64,000 bases of DNA from a virus. Lineage: Duplodnaviria; Caudoviricetes. The stretch covers positions 1 to 64,000 of IMG/VR virus record IMGVR_UViG_3300020431_000008, one strand, 5' to 3'. The notes below the pieces were generated by a model, which saw nothing but the letters and a program-made list of their open reading frames with translations, made no database searches and was not told the DNA's origin. Below are positions 42,977 to 53,795 of the stretch, piece after piece (position 1 is the stretch's first letter; each line of letters opens with the position of its first letter). A program made the position numbers and the translations under genes.

Positions 42977-45900
42977 TATGCTAAGGCAATAACTCTAAGG
43001 TTTCTAAACTGAGGAACAACAGATTGATTAGTTGATGTACCAATCAATTTAATTCTAAAATTCTTAAATGGTTGAAGTTTATCAATAGTAAATGTATACT
43101 CCTTAAACAGATTAATAGAAGGTTCTTGAGTATAAGAATCAGATTTTCTGACCTCAATATCAGAAGTTCCATTACTAACAGTTGGATTAATTACATTACC
43201 AAAATCATCAATGTTGCCATATCCAGGGAATGCAGTAAATATTGTATCCTGAGCAGTTGTCTCTTGGTTTAGAGCATACAACATTCTGATGTCATTATAG
43301 TTAGAAACATAACCATCTATGTATACTCTCAAAGAAGATGCAGGATTCTCAAGTGTGATCAATTTAGTCACATACATTAGACTATTGGGATCATTTGGAA
43401 CCCTATTTATTCTTGAATCAGTTGCATAATTAGTGATAGGAGAATTGACTCTGTTAGAAATAAAGATAACAGATGACTGATCAAGATCAATAGTAGGAGA
43501 AATTCTCTTGTCGAAAGAATTCATATTTAAAGACATTGAGAATGACTTATTTCCAGGTAGTGTGGAGAGATATGTTTGTTCATTTGTCTTAGAAACAACC
43601 ATTCTCTGAGTTTCAAAGTAATTCTTCTCTTTCAGAGCAATTTCCTGATAACCTTGATCAATATATGATACTTCAGAACCAGAAACACTAGTTTCACTAA
43701 CAGATCTCACAGCACCAAATACAGTTGTTCCTGTAGGTGATGTATTATTGATATTTGGAACAATCAAGCTATATGGAAGGTTATATGACCCTCTTGCATT
43801 GATACCACCACCAAGTTTTATTTCAGTAAGATATCTTGCTCCAAATGTATTAGAAGAATCACTCTTATTAGTTCCATCTTTTGACATATCAATTTTGATA
43901 TGATAGTGGTCAATCCCAATAGCATCCTGAACTGTAGCATCAGAAAGAATATGAGTTTTATTAATTCTTCTTAGTGATATACCTGAGAACTCATACTTAG
44001 TAACCAAATCATTCACCCTATGAATAGAAGAAAGTGTGTTATCAACTCCTCTACTAGTAATGCCAGTTAAAGTATTTGTATCACTTACACCAGTATATTC
44101 AATAATCTCTGAACCAATTTTTATATAACCAGGATTGGTGATAGCAACTCCAACACCTTCAAAGATACTAAAGTTGGCAGTATTTCCAACTGAGATTGTA
44201 CCAGTTTCAGTCTTTTGATAATCTAATATGAGTGGTGTTGCAGGAATATCAGTTTCAATATTTTTGAGAGTAACTCTATTGATTTCAGAATACATTCCAT
44301 GATTTCTTTGGAAGATCTTGAGATGTAGACCGTCACTGTTGACTCTGTAAGGTCCTATTGGGAATACACTACCACCAATACCAGCATTAATATCAGTAGC
44401 AATGCCTGATGTGTCTGTGTATTGAAGTCTGTTGTTGGGACCAAATGTGCCCTGAACTTTATCAACGATCAGTTCATTAAACCCTTGCAGTGCAGGGACA
44501 GAAAGTTGCATACTAGCACCAAGATCTTCAGTTCCAACGATGAGAGGAGTCAGAACATCTCCAACTTGATATCCTTTACCACCTGAAACAACAGTAGCAG
44601 CAATGGCAACACCATTAGATATTGTGATATCTGCAGTTGCATTAGTTCCTCTTCCAGTTACAGAAGTTAGAGCAATACCACTATAAGAGAATTGACCATT
44701 TCCTGGAGTATATCCTGTACCAACATTAGTTAGTGTCAGATTTCCAGTGATTGAACCAGCAAATCCAACTAGTTCTCCAGTTCCATCAGAATCAACCTGA
44801 ATAATAGTATTACCAATTTTCATATCATTATCTGCAACTGTGGTTCCAATACCAATACTGAGATTTCTAGGAACTGCTGTTACACCATTTCTGCTAATTC
44901 TTTCAAGTGCAGTTGGGAGTTGTGGGTTAAAGAACTCAACATTACCAACTCCAACAAAATCAGAACGATATATGGAGAATTTAAGATCCTCATACTGACT
45001 AGGAGTCCATACAGAAGCATTCTGTGACTTAAACAATGAACCAAGAATAGGTTGAGAAGTTACAAGAATTTGACCTGCTTCTGTTCCCAGAGTTGTAATG
45101 TCTGTTTCACCAAGTCTTGAGATGTAAACATTGTACTCAGTTGAGTTAGAAAGAAGCACAATAGCATATTCTTTTCTTCCCTCAAGAAATACAGGTGCTT
45201 CAAACGTAAATGTTGTTGGTGTTGAAGCATCATCTGATAAAAATATTTTATCAGGAGTAATGTCTACTTCAGAATAAGGAAGGACTGTAGAGGTAGGTGT
45301 TCCAATTAAAGTTTCTCTAATCTGGAGTGTTACAGGTAGACTTTCTGCCTTAGTTCTGAAGAATATATCAACTTTAGTGATGAATATACCAGTAGTATCA
45401 CTAACACGGAATGTCTGGGCAAGAGGATCTCTTCCTCTCCATGGGGGTGCTGCTGGAGGTGCTGCTGGAGCTGGAGGGGCTGGTGGTGGTGGAGGTGGAG
45501 GTGTTGGTCTAAAGGTACTGCCAGTAACTAATTCAAATTGGAAGTCATCAGTTAATTGTCTAGTATCTCTAAAGTCATCATTAGTAGTGACAGTAGCATT
45601 TCTCAGTGATAGAGTGACCTCTTGTGTGTTATCAATATCACCCTGTGAGTAGAAAATCTCTTCAGCAGAAGTAGTTGTTGTACCTCTAATGGTACTATTG
45701 ACTGGACTACTAGAAAATCTAAATACATTTCTTCCTGTTTCAAACAAAGGATTAGAAATATTAGAACTGTCTGGAACAAAGAAAGAAGCAATTAATGTTC
45801 CTACATTATCAGTCAATAATCTTACACTAGTTACAGTTGCTTCAGCACCATTTTCTCCTCTCAGAATCATACCTTGCTGAATATAACCACTAAACTGTGG

Positions 45901-48900
45901 GAAATCTTCAGATTGCAGACTAAATGTATCTACATTGAGCAGACTTGAAGACTGGGTATATCCATTTGGTATTACATTTGACCTTGAATATGGATTAGAT
46001 GTATAAAAATCAGTTGGAATATTAAATGGACCATACTTATGATTTGTATTAGCAACTCTGAATGAAATTTCAGCACCAGAAGAAGAGGTACGTATTGATT
46101 GTTCAGAGGAAGGCATTACACCTGTTACTGTTTCTCCAACAACAAATGTTCCAGTGTTCATTTGAATTTGAATCAGTTTAGGAACAGTAAATCTTGTTAC
46201 ATCAACACCATCAAAGAAAGAATATAATGTTGTAAATGGTTTAAGCTTGGTTCCAGTAACTTGAATGTTACGAGATCTCATAAAGTGTAGAATGTCTCTA
46301 TTGACAATCCTATCTCCTAATGATTCAGTATTAATTACTTCATTAATTGTCTGTTGAATACCAGTTCTATTCTGAGCTAGTGAAATTGCACCATCAACAG
46401 TTGTTGATTGAACTTCACTTAAAGCGCCATTTGCCCAACCAGGAGCAGCAATTGCTCCATTTCCAAGTCTTTGTCTTGCAGCAGTAAGAGACTCTGTTCT
46501 TTGTCCACTCGAAGAGGCATCTAATGTGACTCCAGTAGTTTCCCAAGAATCCCAAAGAACAGGAGTGACTCCAATTCTAGAACCATCAGCAGCATCAGTG
46601 ATTTCAGCACCAAGTGCTTCAGAAACACCTCTGAAAGATCCTTCCATAGACACATTACGCATCTCTTGCCTATTTGTGTCTATCCAAACATCAACAGTAG
46701 GTTCAAGAGCAACAGAACCTTGATAATATGTAATAAGGAAAGGAGTAACATTCTCAACTCTTGTAGAGAATGGTTGAGTCAACCAAGGAACATTAGTATA
46801 ATCAAGAGTGATCATTGAACCTGATCTTCTAATTCCAGATCCATTCAAACCCTCAAATCTAGAGTCAGCAGCAGTATCAACAGCATTCAACTGGAGATTA
46901 AATGCTGTTGAATAGTGAGAAGGTCTTAGGACTTTTCTCTTAGTATCAATACTATTTCTGATACCAATGGTTGTATCTTGCGGTTGAGTTGTTGTAAAGT
47001 TATCAACAAAGATTCCAGACTTGAACCTGTTGAATCCATTGATATCAGAAACAAAGGTATTAAGTGTTGACTGCTCAAGAAGATTGAGTGAAGTGTAATA
47101 CTCAAGATTTTTTATTCTCTGTTCTAGTTTAGAAATATCATTCATCTGATATCTCTTATGCTCAATAGTCCTAACTCTTGCATCCTCTACATTATAGAGA
47201 TAGGCAGGCATATAGATATTAGCAATGTTGAGTGATCCACTCTCTTCTTCTGGGAGAGAAGGAATATCATCAGGAGAACCATATTTTACATTAACATTTC
47301 CTTCTTTGTTTAAATAGATTCTATCTGCTCTAGCAAGGTAGTATTTGTAATCAAGTGTTACTGACTCATCAGATGCTATGATTCTACTAGAACTATGATT
47401 GCCATCATCAAACTTTCTTCCTGCATATTCTAGAGGAGAAGCTATACCATCTGCTACTGTATAATTACTTACTCTTGGTCTAGCATCAATAATATCAGTT
47501 ATTCTAACACCATTAATTGCTCCAATTTCAGTAGCGTAATCGAAATCATTATATGAGTTTACAGTAGTAATATCACCAGTATCTATAGAATCATAATAAC
47601 CGTTTGTAAAGTAAACAATCAATTTTTTAGTAGGATTAGATAAAGTACCTCTTCTTATGATCCTACCATAATCATAAAAACTTTCTTTTTGTCCATTATA
47701 GAAGAGATAATCTCCTGTTACATTAACAGATCCAATATTGATTTGATTTGCCGTTGCTCTAACTGCAGAATCAGAGAATGATATAGGTTCATTATTTTCA
47801 AAAACATTCTCATTCTGATAGACGAATCCAATTGTATTATCAGTCTTTCTAGTAAGATAAATTGCTTTTGCACCACTAATTGATCCTGTAAGAGTTTCTC
47901 CAATAATTAGATCATCAGTAGAAGCAGATGGTCCATTCATTGATGCAAGAGTCATAAATGGCGACTCTGGATCATTTAAATCAGTTGATTCATATACACC
48001 GTAAACTGCTACAACATCAGGAACATTTAATGAAATGATTGGGTCTTGAACTCTTGTTCCAAATGGGAAATTGCCATATGTCAAACCATCATTTAATGTG
48101 GTTCCACCAATACCTGATCCAGGAAGAGTTGACTTATCAATAATAATTCTATTTGATATATTCTTTAATTTAGTCTTTGAACTAACACCTTTTTTGCGAA
48201 TAGTAGCAATCAATGTTGCACTAGGATCAGGTCCACTCAAACCATCTATGGTAAGAATTGTAGATCCAGCAGCAAAGTTGAACTTATCTGAAGTAAGAAC
48301 TTCTGTTTTGCCATCAGATGTGATTAGAGAGTATCTTTCATCATCAAAGGGCAAAAATACATCAGTATTAGCATCTGGTACATTAATAGCAGCAGAAGAT
48401 CCTACAGCATCAATAACAGCAGTGAAACTCTGCCTAAAGATAATATCAGAATCACTGAGATCTACAGACTCAATATTCTGTCTAGGAAGAATACTGTAAA
48501 GTGCTTCACTATTAGATTGGTTGCCAGAACCATTTGAATTTTGAAGTTTGCTGCTTACAATTTTAAGATCACTAGATGTGAAATCTGCACTAGGAAGAGA
48601 ACCATCATATACTCCATTAACACTTTCAACACTAGTAACAGTCAATGATGATGATTTTACTTCAGTAATTCTTGCCAAAGAGAAATCATTAAATCCTGGT
48701 CTTGAATACCTTACAAGGTTATTGACAGTAGCAATACCAGTAAATGATCTACCACCTAGAGCAGGACTAGTGATAGTAGATACTCCCAAACTTCCTGCTG
48801 TAATTTGAGCAACCTCAAACGAGAATGTGGGACTTTGAATGATATCTGCTGTAAATGTATTGGATGTACCTACAACACTGTATACAGATTTTACGTCACT

Positions 48901-50529
48901 AATCTTATAATTTTTAGCATCTATTAAGAATCTAGAATTATCTAGGAGACCATTAAACTTAAGTCTCTCTCCTTGAAAGAAATCACCTCTAACACTATAT
49001 GCTGTAAGAGCAGTTCCTGAACTTACATCATACTTAAGAAACCCAGTAGCACCACTGGATTCTCCTTCAATATGAAGAGGTGTGGTCAAAATTGCTTCTA
49101 TATTGATATTGAGATCTTGATAAGTATCAATATCAAACAGAGAAAGATCCCATTGATTGATATTAGAATTTGTATTATTGTATGATCCAGACTCCAATGC
49201 AAAGTCATATAGTCTAGCTTGACCAATTTCCTTACCAGGAGCAGTTATGCTATCTATTCCAACTCTCTGACTTCTTAAACTAAGCGAATTAGTAGTATTA
49301 AAACCAATAATTGGTGAACCATAAACTCTATTTGCCCCCAAAGTGGGACCAAATCCAAAATTTATACCTTGGTTTTTGACAAGTCTGGATGTTCTTGGTT
49401 TTGGAACATCAATTAGAGAAGATGTACGTTTTTCTACTAGATATCCTCTGACATATGCTTTACCAGGAGCAAGTTTGTAGACCATCAGATCATCTGTTGG
49501 AACTTGACCCTGGGCAGTGATTTGTCCAGGTAAATATACTCCTCTATTTCCTTCTTGATTATCTAAACTCTCTCTAACAGTGGTTACAAACTCTTTTACA
49601 TAATAATGACCTGATTCATCAAAGGTTCTCTTTGCTAATTCATCTCCTAAGGTATTATATTGTGTAGTAGTGAGGATTGCGCTCAAAGATCCATCAGTAA
49701 CTTCAGCAAGTTGAACAAATCCCTGGTCTGCATAGTTGTCAGGGAGCTTTTTGCTCAAAGTTGCTGTAATTTTGAGTCTATCAGCACCAGGTGCTGTATA
49801 ATTATTATACCCTTGAGCATTGTCATTTAGAGTTGGGTCAACATCTGAAGAAACTACCTCTTCGTTAACTGTAAGTCCAATTCTATAATTAGAGTTTGTG
49901 CTATATTGATCCAGAATTAGAATCTGGCTGTCTACATTGACAAAATATCCTCTAAGGAAATAAACTCCTTGATTTAGAGTAAATGCAGACCCAATTGCAG
50001 CAGCATTAGTGGAAATTGTGTTGGCAAATCCCTCTCCAGCAGCAATAAATGTGGTTGCATATGAAATAGTAGTATTAGTTACCAGGACTTCGTCATCTTG
50101 GAAGGTATCTGTCGAGTTATCGTCACCTGAATCTTCATAATTCAAGTAAAGAGTATACAATCCTCTTACAGATTGCTGATTTGTGATATATGTTACTACA
50201 GTTGCAGTTACTCCTGATGTTCTGCCTGTGATTCTCTTACCAATTAATTGGTCTAGATATAGAGAAACAGGTATACCTAAGTATTCTGCTTGAATTTGAA
50301 TACAATAAAATCTATCATTATACGTCAGTTGCCCTGGAATAATTACAGAACCTTCTTTGAAAAGGTTATCTCCCATATCTTCAATTTGATTCTGAAGAAT
50401 GGATTGAAGATTATTTAATTCTCTAGCCTGTATAGGATATGCAGGCTTAAAAAGAACCTTATTATAGTTACTCTCTTGATCAAAGTCGTCAAAATAAGGA
50501 GCAACGTTGAGGTTTGTTTCCTGTGGCAT
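42976..50529 (-). CDS. Giant virion structural protein, VrlC/DUF4815-like (2517 aa)
   Basis: MPQETNLNVAPYFDDF...KVLFKP..PIQARELNNLQSILQNQ; APGADRLKI; FKSGIFVDNF; DPLAQTF; GSLFKSQNASVW; immediately after gp8. Confidence 0.88.
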   Translation of the reverse strand: MPQETNLNVAPYFDDFDQESNYNKVLFKPAYPIQARELNNLQSILQNQIEDMGDNLFKEGSVIIPGQLTYNDRFYCIQIQAEYLGIPVSLYLDQLIGKRITGRTSGVTATVVTYITNQQSVRGLYTLYLNYEDSGDDNSTDTFQDDEVLVTNTTISYATTFIAAGEGFANTISTNAAAIGSAFTLNQGVYFLRGYFVNVDSQILILDQYSTNSNYRIGLTVNEEVVSSDVDPTLNDNAQGYNNYTAPGADRLKITATLSKKLPDNYADQGFVQLAEVTDGSLSAILTTTQYNTLGDELAKRTFDESGHYYVKEFVTTVRESLDNQEGNRGVYLPGQITAQGQVPTDDLMVYKLAPGKAYVRGYLVEKRTSSLIDVPKPRTSRLVKNQGINFGFGPTLGANRVYGSPIIGFNTTNSLSLRSQRVGIDSITAPGKEIGQARLYDFALESGSYNNTNSNINQWDLSLFDIDTYQDLNINIEAILTTPLHIEGESSGATGFLKYDVSSGTALTAYSVRGDFFQGERLKFNGLLDNSRFLIDAKNYKISDVKSVYSVVGTSNTFTADIIQSPTFSFEVAQITAGSLGVSTITSPALGGRSFTGIATVNNLVRYSRPGFNDFSLARITEVKSSSLTVTSVESVNGVYDGSLPSADFTSSDLKIVSSKLQNSNGSGNQSNSEALYSILPRQNIESVDLSDSDIIFRQSFTAVIDAVGSSAAINVPDANTDVFLPFDDERYSLITSDGKTEVLTSDKFNFAAGSTILTIDGLSGPDPSATLIATIRKKGVSSKTKLKNISNRIIIDKSTLPGSGIGGTTLNDGLTYGNFPFGTRVQDPIISLNVPDVVAVYGVYESTDLNDPESPFMTLASMNGPSASTDDLIIGETLTGSISGAKAIYLTRKTDNTIGFVYQNENVFENNEPISFSDSAVRATANQINIGSVNVTGDYLFYNGQKESFYDYGRIIRRGTLSNPTKKLIVYFTNGYYDSIDTGDITTVNSYNDFDYATEIGAINGVRITDIIDARPRVSNYTVADGIASPLEYAGRKFDDGNHSSSRIIASDESVTLDYKYYLARADRIYLNKEGNVNVKYGSPDDIPSLPEEESGSLNIANIYMPAYLYNVEDARVRTIEHKRYQMNDISKLEQRIKNLEYYTSLNLLEQSTLNTFVSDINGFNRFKSGIFVDNFTTTQPQDTTIGIRNSIDTKRKVLRPSHYSTAFNLQLNAVDTAADSRFEGLNGSGIRRSGSMITLDYTNVPWLTQPFSTRVENVTPFLITYYQGSVALEPTVDVWIDTNRQEMRNVSMEGSFRGVSEALGAEITDAADGSRIGVTPVLWDSWETTGVTLDASSSGQRTESLTAARQRLGNGAIAAPGWANGALSEVQSTTVDGAISLAQNRTGIQQTINEVINTESLGDRIVNRDILHFMRSRNIQVTGTKLKPFTTLYSFFDGVDVTRFTVPKLIQIQMNTGTFVVGETVTGVMPSSEQSIRTSSSGAEISFRVANTNHKYGPFNIPTDFYTSNPYSRSNVIPNGYTQSSSLLNVDTFSLQSEDFPQFSGYIQQGMILRGENGAEATVTSVRLLTDNVGTLIASFFVPDSSNISNPLFETGRNVFRFSSSPVNSTIRGTTTTSAEEIFYSQGDIDNTQEVTLSLRNATVTTNDDFRDTRQLTDDFQFELVTGSTFRPTPPPPPPPAPPAPAAPPAAPPWRGRDPLAQTFRVSDTTGIFITKVDIFFRTKAESLPVTLQIRETLIGTPTSTVLPYSEVDITPDKIFLSDDASTPTTFTFEAPVFLEGRKEYAIVLLSNSTEYNVYISRLGETDITTLGTEAGQILVTSQPILGSLFKSQNASVWTPSQYEDLKFSIYRSDFVGVGNVEFFNPQLPTALERISRNGVTAVPRNLSIGIGTTVADNDMKIGNTIIQVDSDGTGELVGFAGSITGNLTLTNVGTGYTPGNGQFSYSGIALTSVTGRGTNATADITISNGVAIAATVVSGGKGYQVGDVLTPLIVGTEDLGASMQLSVPALQGFNELIVDKVQGTFGPNNRLQYTDTSGIATDINAGIGGSVFPIGPYRVNSDGLHLKIFQRNHGMYSEINRVTLKNIETDIPATPLILDYQKTETGTISVGNTANFSIFEGVGVAITNPGYIKIGSEIIEYTGVSDTNTLTGITSRGVDNTLSSIHRVNDLVTKYEFSGISLRRINKTHILSDATVQDAIGIDHYHIKIDMSKDGTNKSDSSNTFGARYLTEIKLGGGINARGSYNLPYSLIVPNINNTSPTGTTVFGAVRSVSETSVSGSEVSYIDQGYQEIALKEKNYFETQRMVVSKTNEQTYLSTLPGNKSFSMSLNMNSFDKRISPTIDLDQSSVIFISNRVNSPITNYATDSRINRVPNDPNSLMYVTKLITLENPASSLRVYIDGYVSNYNDIRMLYALNQETTAQDTIFTAFPGYGNIDDFGNVINPTVSNGTSDIEVRKSDSYTQEPSINLFKEYTFTIDKLQPFKNFRIKLIGTSTNQSVVPQFRNLRVIALA

Positions 50530-50535
50530 AATTCT

Positions 50536-52089
50536 TTAGAACTGCAAGATAATCTTTACGTCTTCTTTCTGGGATGACGACCTTGTGACTGATGGTCTGT
50601 TGTCTACATATACAATATTTCCAGAATATTTTTTAGATTCTGGTTGAGCAACACCTTTAGTAAAGTCCTGACCCAGGTTATATGTTCTATTATTTATTAC
50701 AGTTGTCAAACCTGTAAATCCAGTATCTATGCCCAAAATTGAACTTCCTCCACTAATGTCTAAACTTCCGTTTATACTTGGTGTTGCAGTAAATTCTAAT
50801 ACTTCAAATCCATATGTTGGAGAAGAGTCTGCTTGCCCATTAAAAGAAAAACCTGAGTTTGTTCTATCTTGCCAATATTTTAGAACACCAGTAGTTTGAT
50901 CATAAGAAACAACTCTACCAACAGCAGTAGATGCAAGACCTACTGTTTGGGTTATGAGTGCATCACTAGTGAAAGCTGCTGAACTATAACCAGTCCCAGT
51001 CAATCTTAGGGCATATACAGCACTTGCTTTATCAGTGTTGAGAATACTTGAAGAATTGTATGCTAAAGGATTTTCAACTAAACCTACTCTTGCAAACTGA
51101 TTTCCTGTAATAAAATCAGGATTTTCAGTATCATTTTCAAATCTAGCATAAGTTAGAACATTATAAGCACCAAGTTCATTATAAACATCAGCACCATGAC
51201 CTCCACTAGGTGGGATAATTACATTAAAGACAGGTATTGTGGAACCAGTAGGAACACCACCAGCAGCCAGGTCAATTGTGCCAAATGTGTAACCAGATCC
51301 ACCCTTTGAAACAGTTACTGATTCAATTTTAGCATCAGCATTAATTACAACAGTTGCTTCTGCTTCTGCTCCATCACCTGTAATAGGAACTTGTGTGTAA
51401 GTTCTAGAAGTGCCAAGTCCTGCGCCACGATTTCTAATAGTCACAATCTTTAGCTGACCACTTGTTGAGGCATTCTGTCTCACAGCAGTATTATCAATGC
51501 CACTATCCCAATCATTGGGTACAGGAATATAGTTTGTAGAGTCAAACTTAATTGCCTGACTTGGTTTGATAGTATAAAGATATTTCCAAATATATGAATC
51601 ACCACTTGAACCAGCAGCTCTTGGTTCTAGGTCAGTAAATGTTGGCTCATCAAGAGATGGACCACCTTGAAAGTTATTTTCTGGAGTTGCATTATTATAG
51701 AGACAAACATATACTCTATAGTCACTGTTCATTACATAGTAATTTGCAGAATAGATATCAAAAGAACCAGATGGTTGCGAAGAATTGCTTCTTGAAATAT
51801 CATTCCTCCACATATCATATGTAATACCAGACTGCCAGTTGATCTTTCTTACAACCTGACTAATATCACTTGCATTGATTTTTTTCAATGCAATCATAGT
51901 ATCCCAATAATCATTAGATTGATCTAGATTATCTTTAGGAGATGGTGGATTTATGTCCCAATCTGATTGATAATCAGAGGCATTAGGAAGACCAAGAAAT
52001 GCATAATAAGAATTTGTGCTGGACTGAACACCAGCGATAAAATTCTTGGCATTCAAGATTCTCAGTTGATCAGTAATTATCGCTGCCAT
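50536..52089 (-). CDS. gp8: Baseplate wedge protein gp8
   Basis: MAAIITDQLRILNAKNF, YYVMNSDYRVY.CL.N, D.YIWKYLYTI, EDVKIILQF. Confidence 0.95.
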   Translation of the reverse strand: MAAIITDQLRILNAKNFIAGVQSSTNSYYAFLGLPNASDYQSDWDINPPSPKDNLDQSNDYWDTMIALKKINASDISQVVRKINWQSGITYDMWRNDISRSNSSQPSGSFDIYSANYYVMNSDYRVYVCLYNNATPENNFQGGPSLDEPTFTDLEPRAAGSSGDSYIWKYLYTIKPSQAIKFDSTNYIPVPNDWDSGIDNTAVRQNASTSGQLKIVTIRNRGAGLGTSRTYTQVPITGDGAEAEATVVINADAKIESVTVSKGGSGYTFGTIDLAAGGVPTGSTIPVFNVIIPPSGGHGADVYNELGAYNVLTYARFENDTENPDFITGNQFARVGLVENPLAYNSSSILNTDKASAVYALRLTGTGYSSAAFTSDALITQTVGLASTAVGRVVSYDQTTGVLKYWQDRTNSGFSFNGQADSSPTYGFEVLEFTATPSINGSLDISGGSSILGIDTGFTGLTTVINNRTYNLGQDFTKGVAQPESKKYSGNIVYVDNRPSVTRSSSQKEDVKIILQF

Positions 52090-52108
52090 TTTGTTAGGAC
52101 TTTTTTCT

Positions 52109-52116
52109 TATTTATA
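52109..52116 (-). promoter_or_regulatory. Late promoter TATAAATA upstream of gp8
   Basis: Exact consensus in a 40-nt gap. Confidence 0.8.
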
Positions 52117-52130
52117 AGACAATTTAAATA

Positions 52131-53795
52131 TTATTTTGTGACTGATCTATTTGTTCTAGGATACTTCACCCCAGACACATCAGCATTTCTATTACCAAAT
52201 GTAGTTTGTTGGAGAGAACCACTTGATCGTCTTTTCCTTTTGATAAAAAGGTATCTATTGTGACTAGATGAACCAAAAGTCTCATAATCATCATTTTCAG
52301 ATCCACTAGAACTCCCAACTTCAGGTAATGAATTTTCTTTTAAATATTGAAGAGCTTCAGAATTAGTGATATTAGGTTTATTTTGAGCAATACATGCTAT
52401 GACACCAGCAACTTGTGGACCTGACATACTGGTTCCACTAATTGAAGCAAGATAATATGAAGAATTTCTTGAGTCAGCAACTAGAGGAGTATAACCCTCA
52501 CTTGTAGCACTGGCACTATCATAAACAGCAGAAATGATATCACTACCAGGACCCCAGATATCTACTCTTGATCCCCAATTACTAAAGTTAGATTTATATT
52601 CAGCAACTTTTGAACCAATTGATCCGACACAAATAACATTATCAGCTGATCCTGGTGATGAACCTCGTGAATGATATACTGTACTACTGTAATTAAGATA
52701 AGTATTGTCATAATCAGGATCACCTGAAACAGCACAATTCCAATAACTATTTCCAGCAGATGCGATAACAATTACACCGTCATCAATAGCATCTTGAATA
52801 TCAGCATCTACTGCTGTAATCCTAACTGGAACCCTATACAAGTAACTACTAGCTGGAACAGGAATACCATTACTTTCTAATATTGCTCTTTTCTCAGAAG
52901 TAGTTCCATCAACAGCAGTAGTTGTTCCTCTATAATCTACTGATGAAATATTTGAAAGATAAGCACTATAATTTCCACCACTATAACCCCAACTATGATT
53001 GGTGATTGTTGGATTTCTTCTGCCAGTTTCTGGGTTAATTGGTTTATTTTTATGAAAATGTCTCAAATAATCCCACAACTTTTCAGCCCAATTACTTGTT
53101 CCTGATAAAGTGGAAGAGAAAGCCATATTATAAATGTTGGCATCTCTTGCCCATCCTTGTGTATTGCCAGCAACAGTTCCTGCTACATGGGAACCATGAT
53201 TAGTATTTGGCGAAGATCCACTAGTACTGTAAGTGTAAGTACCGTTAGCTCCATATCCCAATACTGAATTGTATTGATACCAGTTAAACTGAACAACTCT
53301 AGATCCACCAGTTCCATCAGAGTTAACAGCAAATTCTATATGATCTGGATTGATGTGTCCATCAACAATTACAACATCTACATTTTTTCCTGATACAGAT
53401 GTTGCTATAGATTTATTTGTTATCTCAGTTGTTGAATCACTACCCCAGTTAGAAACACTATCACCTTCAATTACTCTATAAAGTCCCCAATTTTTGTCAT
53501 CACCAGCAAATGTTGATGTTGTTTTATTAAAATCTCCAGTCTGCTCCCATAGGTACTCTGGTGTAATACCTCTATCCTGTGCTGGACGCTCACAAGCAAT
53601 CACTCTAGAATCTTTTCTAATCTCTACTGCTTCCTCTTCAGTGAGCATGTAGTGAGTGTTGCGACTTATCTCTCTCCTATCAATAAGATCAACTGCCCTA
53701 TCAGGAATATAAAAGGATCCTCCAGAAGTTTCTAAATCATCATATAAATCTTGTAAATCAGTTCTATTTTTGCAGGTTACTATGTATTCGTTCAT
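52131..53795 (-). CDS. Subtilisin-like S8 serine protease with N-terminal pro-domain
   Basis: Asp VDVVIVDG, His HGSHVAGTVAG, oxyanion ASAGNS, Ser GTSMSGPQVAG. Confidence 0.92.
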   Translation of the reverse strand: MNEYIVTCKNRTDLQDLYDDLETSGGSFYIPDRAVDLIDRREISRNTHYMLTEEEAVEIRKDSRVIACERPAQDRGITPEYLWEQTGDFNKTTSTFAGDDKNWGLYRVIEGDSVSNWGSDSTTEITNKSIATSVSGKNVDVVIVDGHINPDHIEFAVNSDGTGGSRVVQFNWYQYNSVLGYGANGTYTYSTSGSSPNTNHGSHVAGTVAGNTQGWARDANIYNMAFSSTLSGTSNWAEKLWDYLRHFHKNKPINPETGRRNPTITNHSWGYSGGNYSAYLSNISSVDYRGTTTAVDGTTSEKRAILESNGIPVPASSYLYRVPVRITAVDADIQDAIDDGVIVIASAGNSYWNCAVSGDPDYDNTYLNYSSTVYHSRGSSPGSADNVICVGSIGSKVAEYKSNFSNWGSRVDIWGPGSDIISAVYDSASATSEGYTPLVADSRNSSYYLASISGTSMSGPQVAGVIACIAQNKPNITNSEALQYLKENSLPEVGSSSGSENDDYETFGSSSHNRYLFIKRKRRSSGSLQQTTFGNRNADVSGVKYPRTNRSVTK

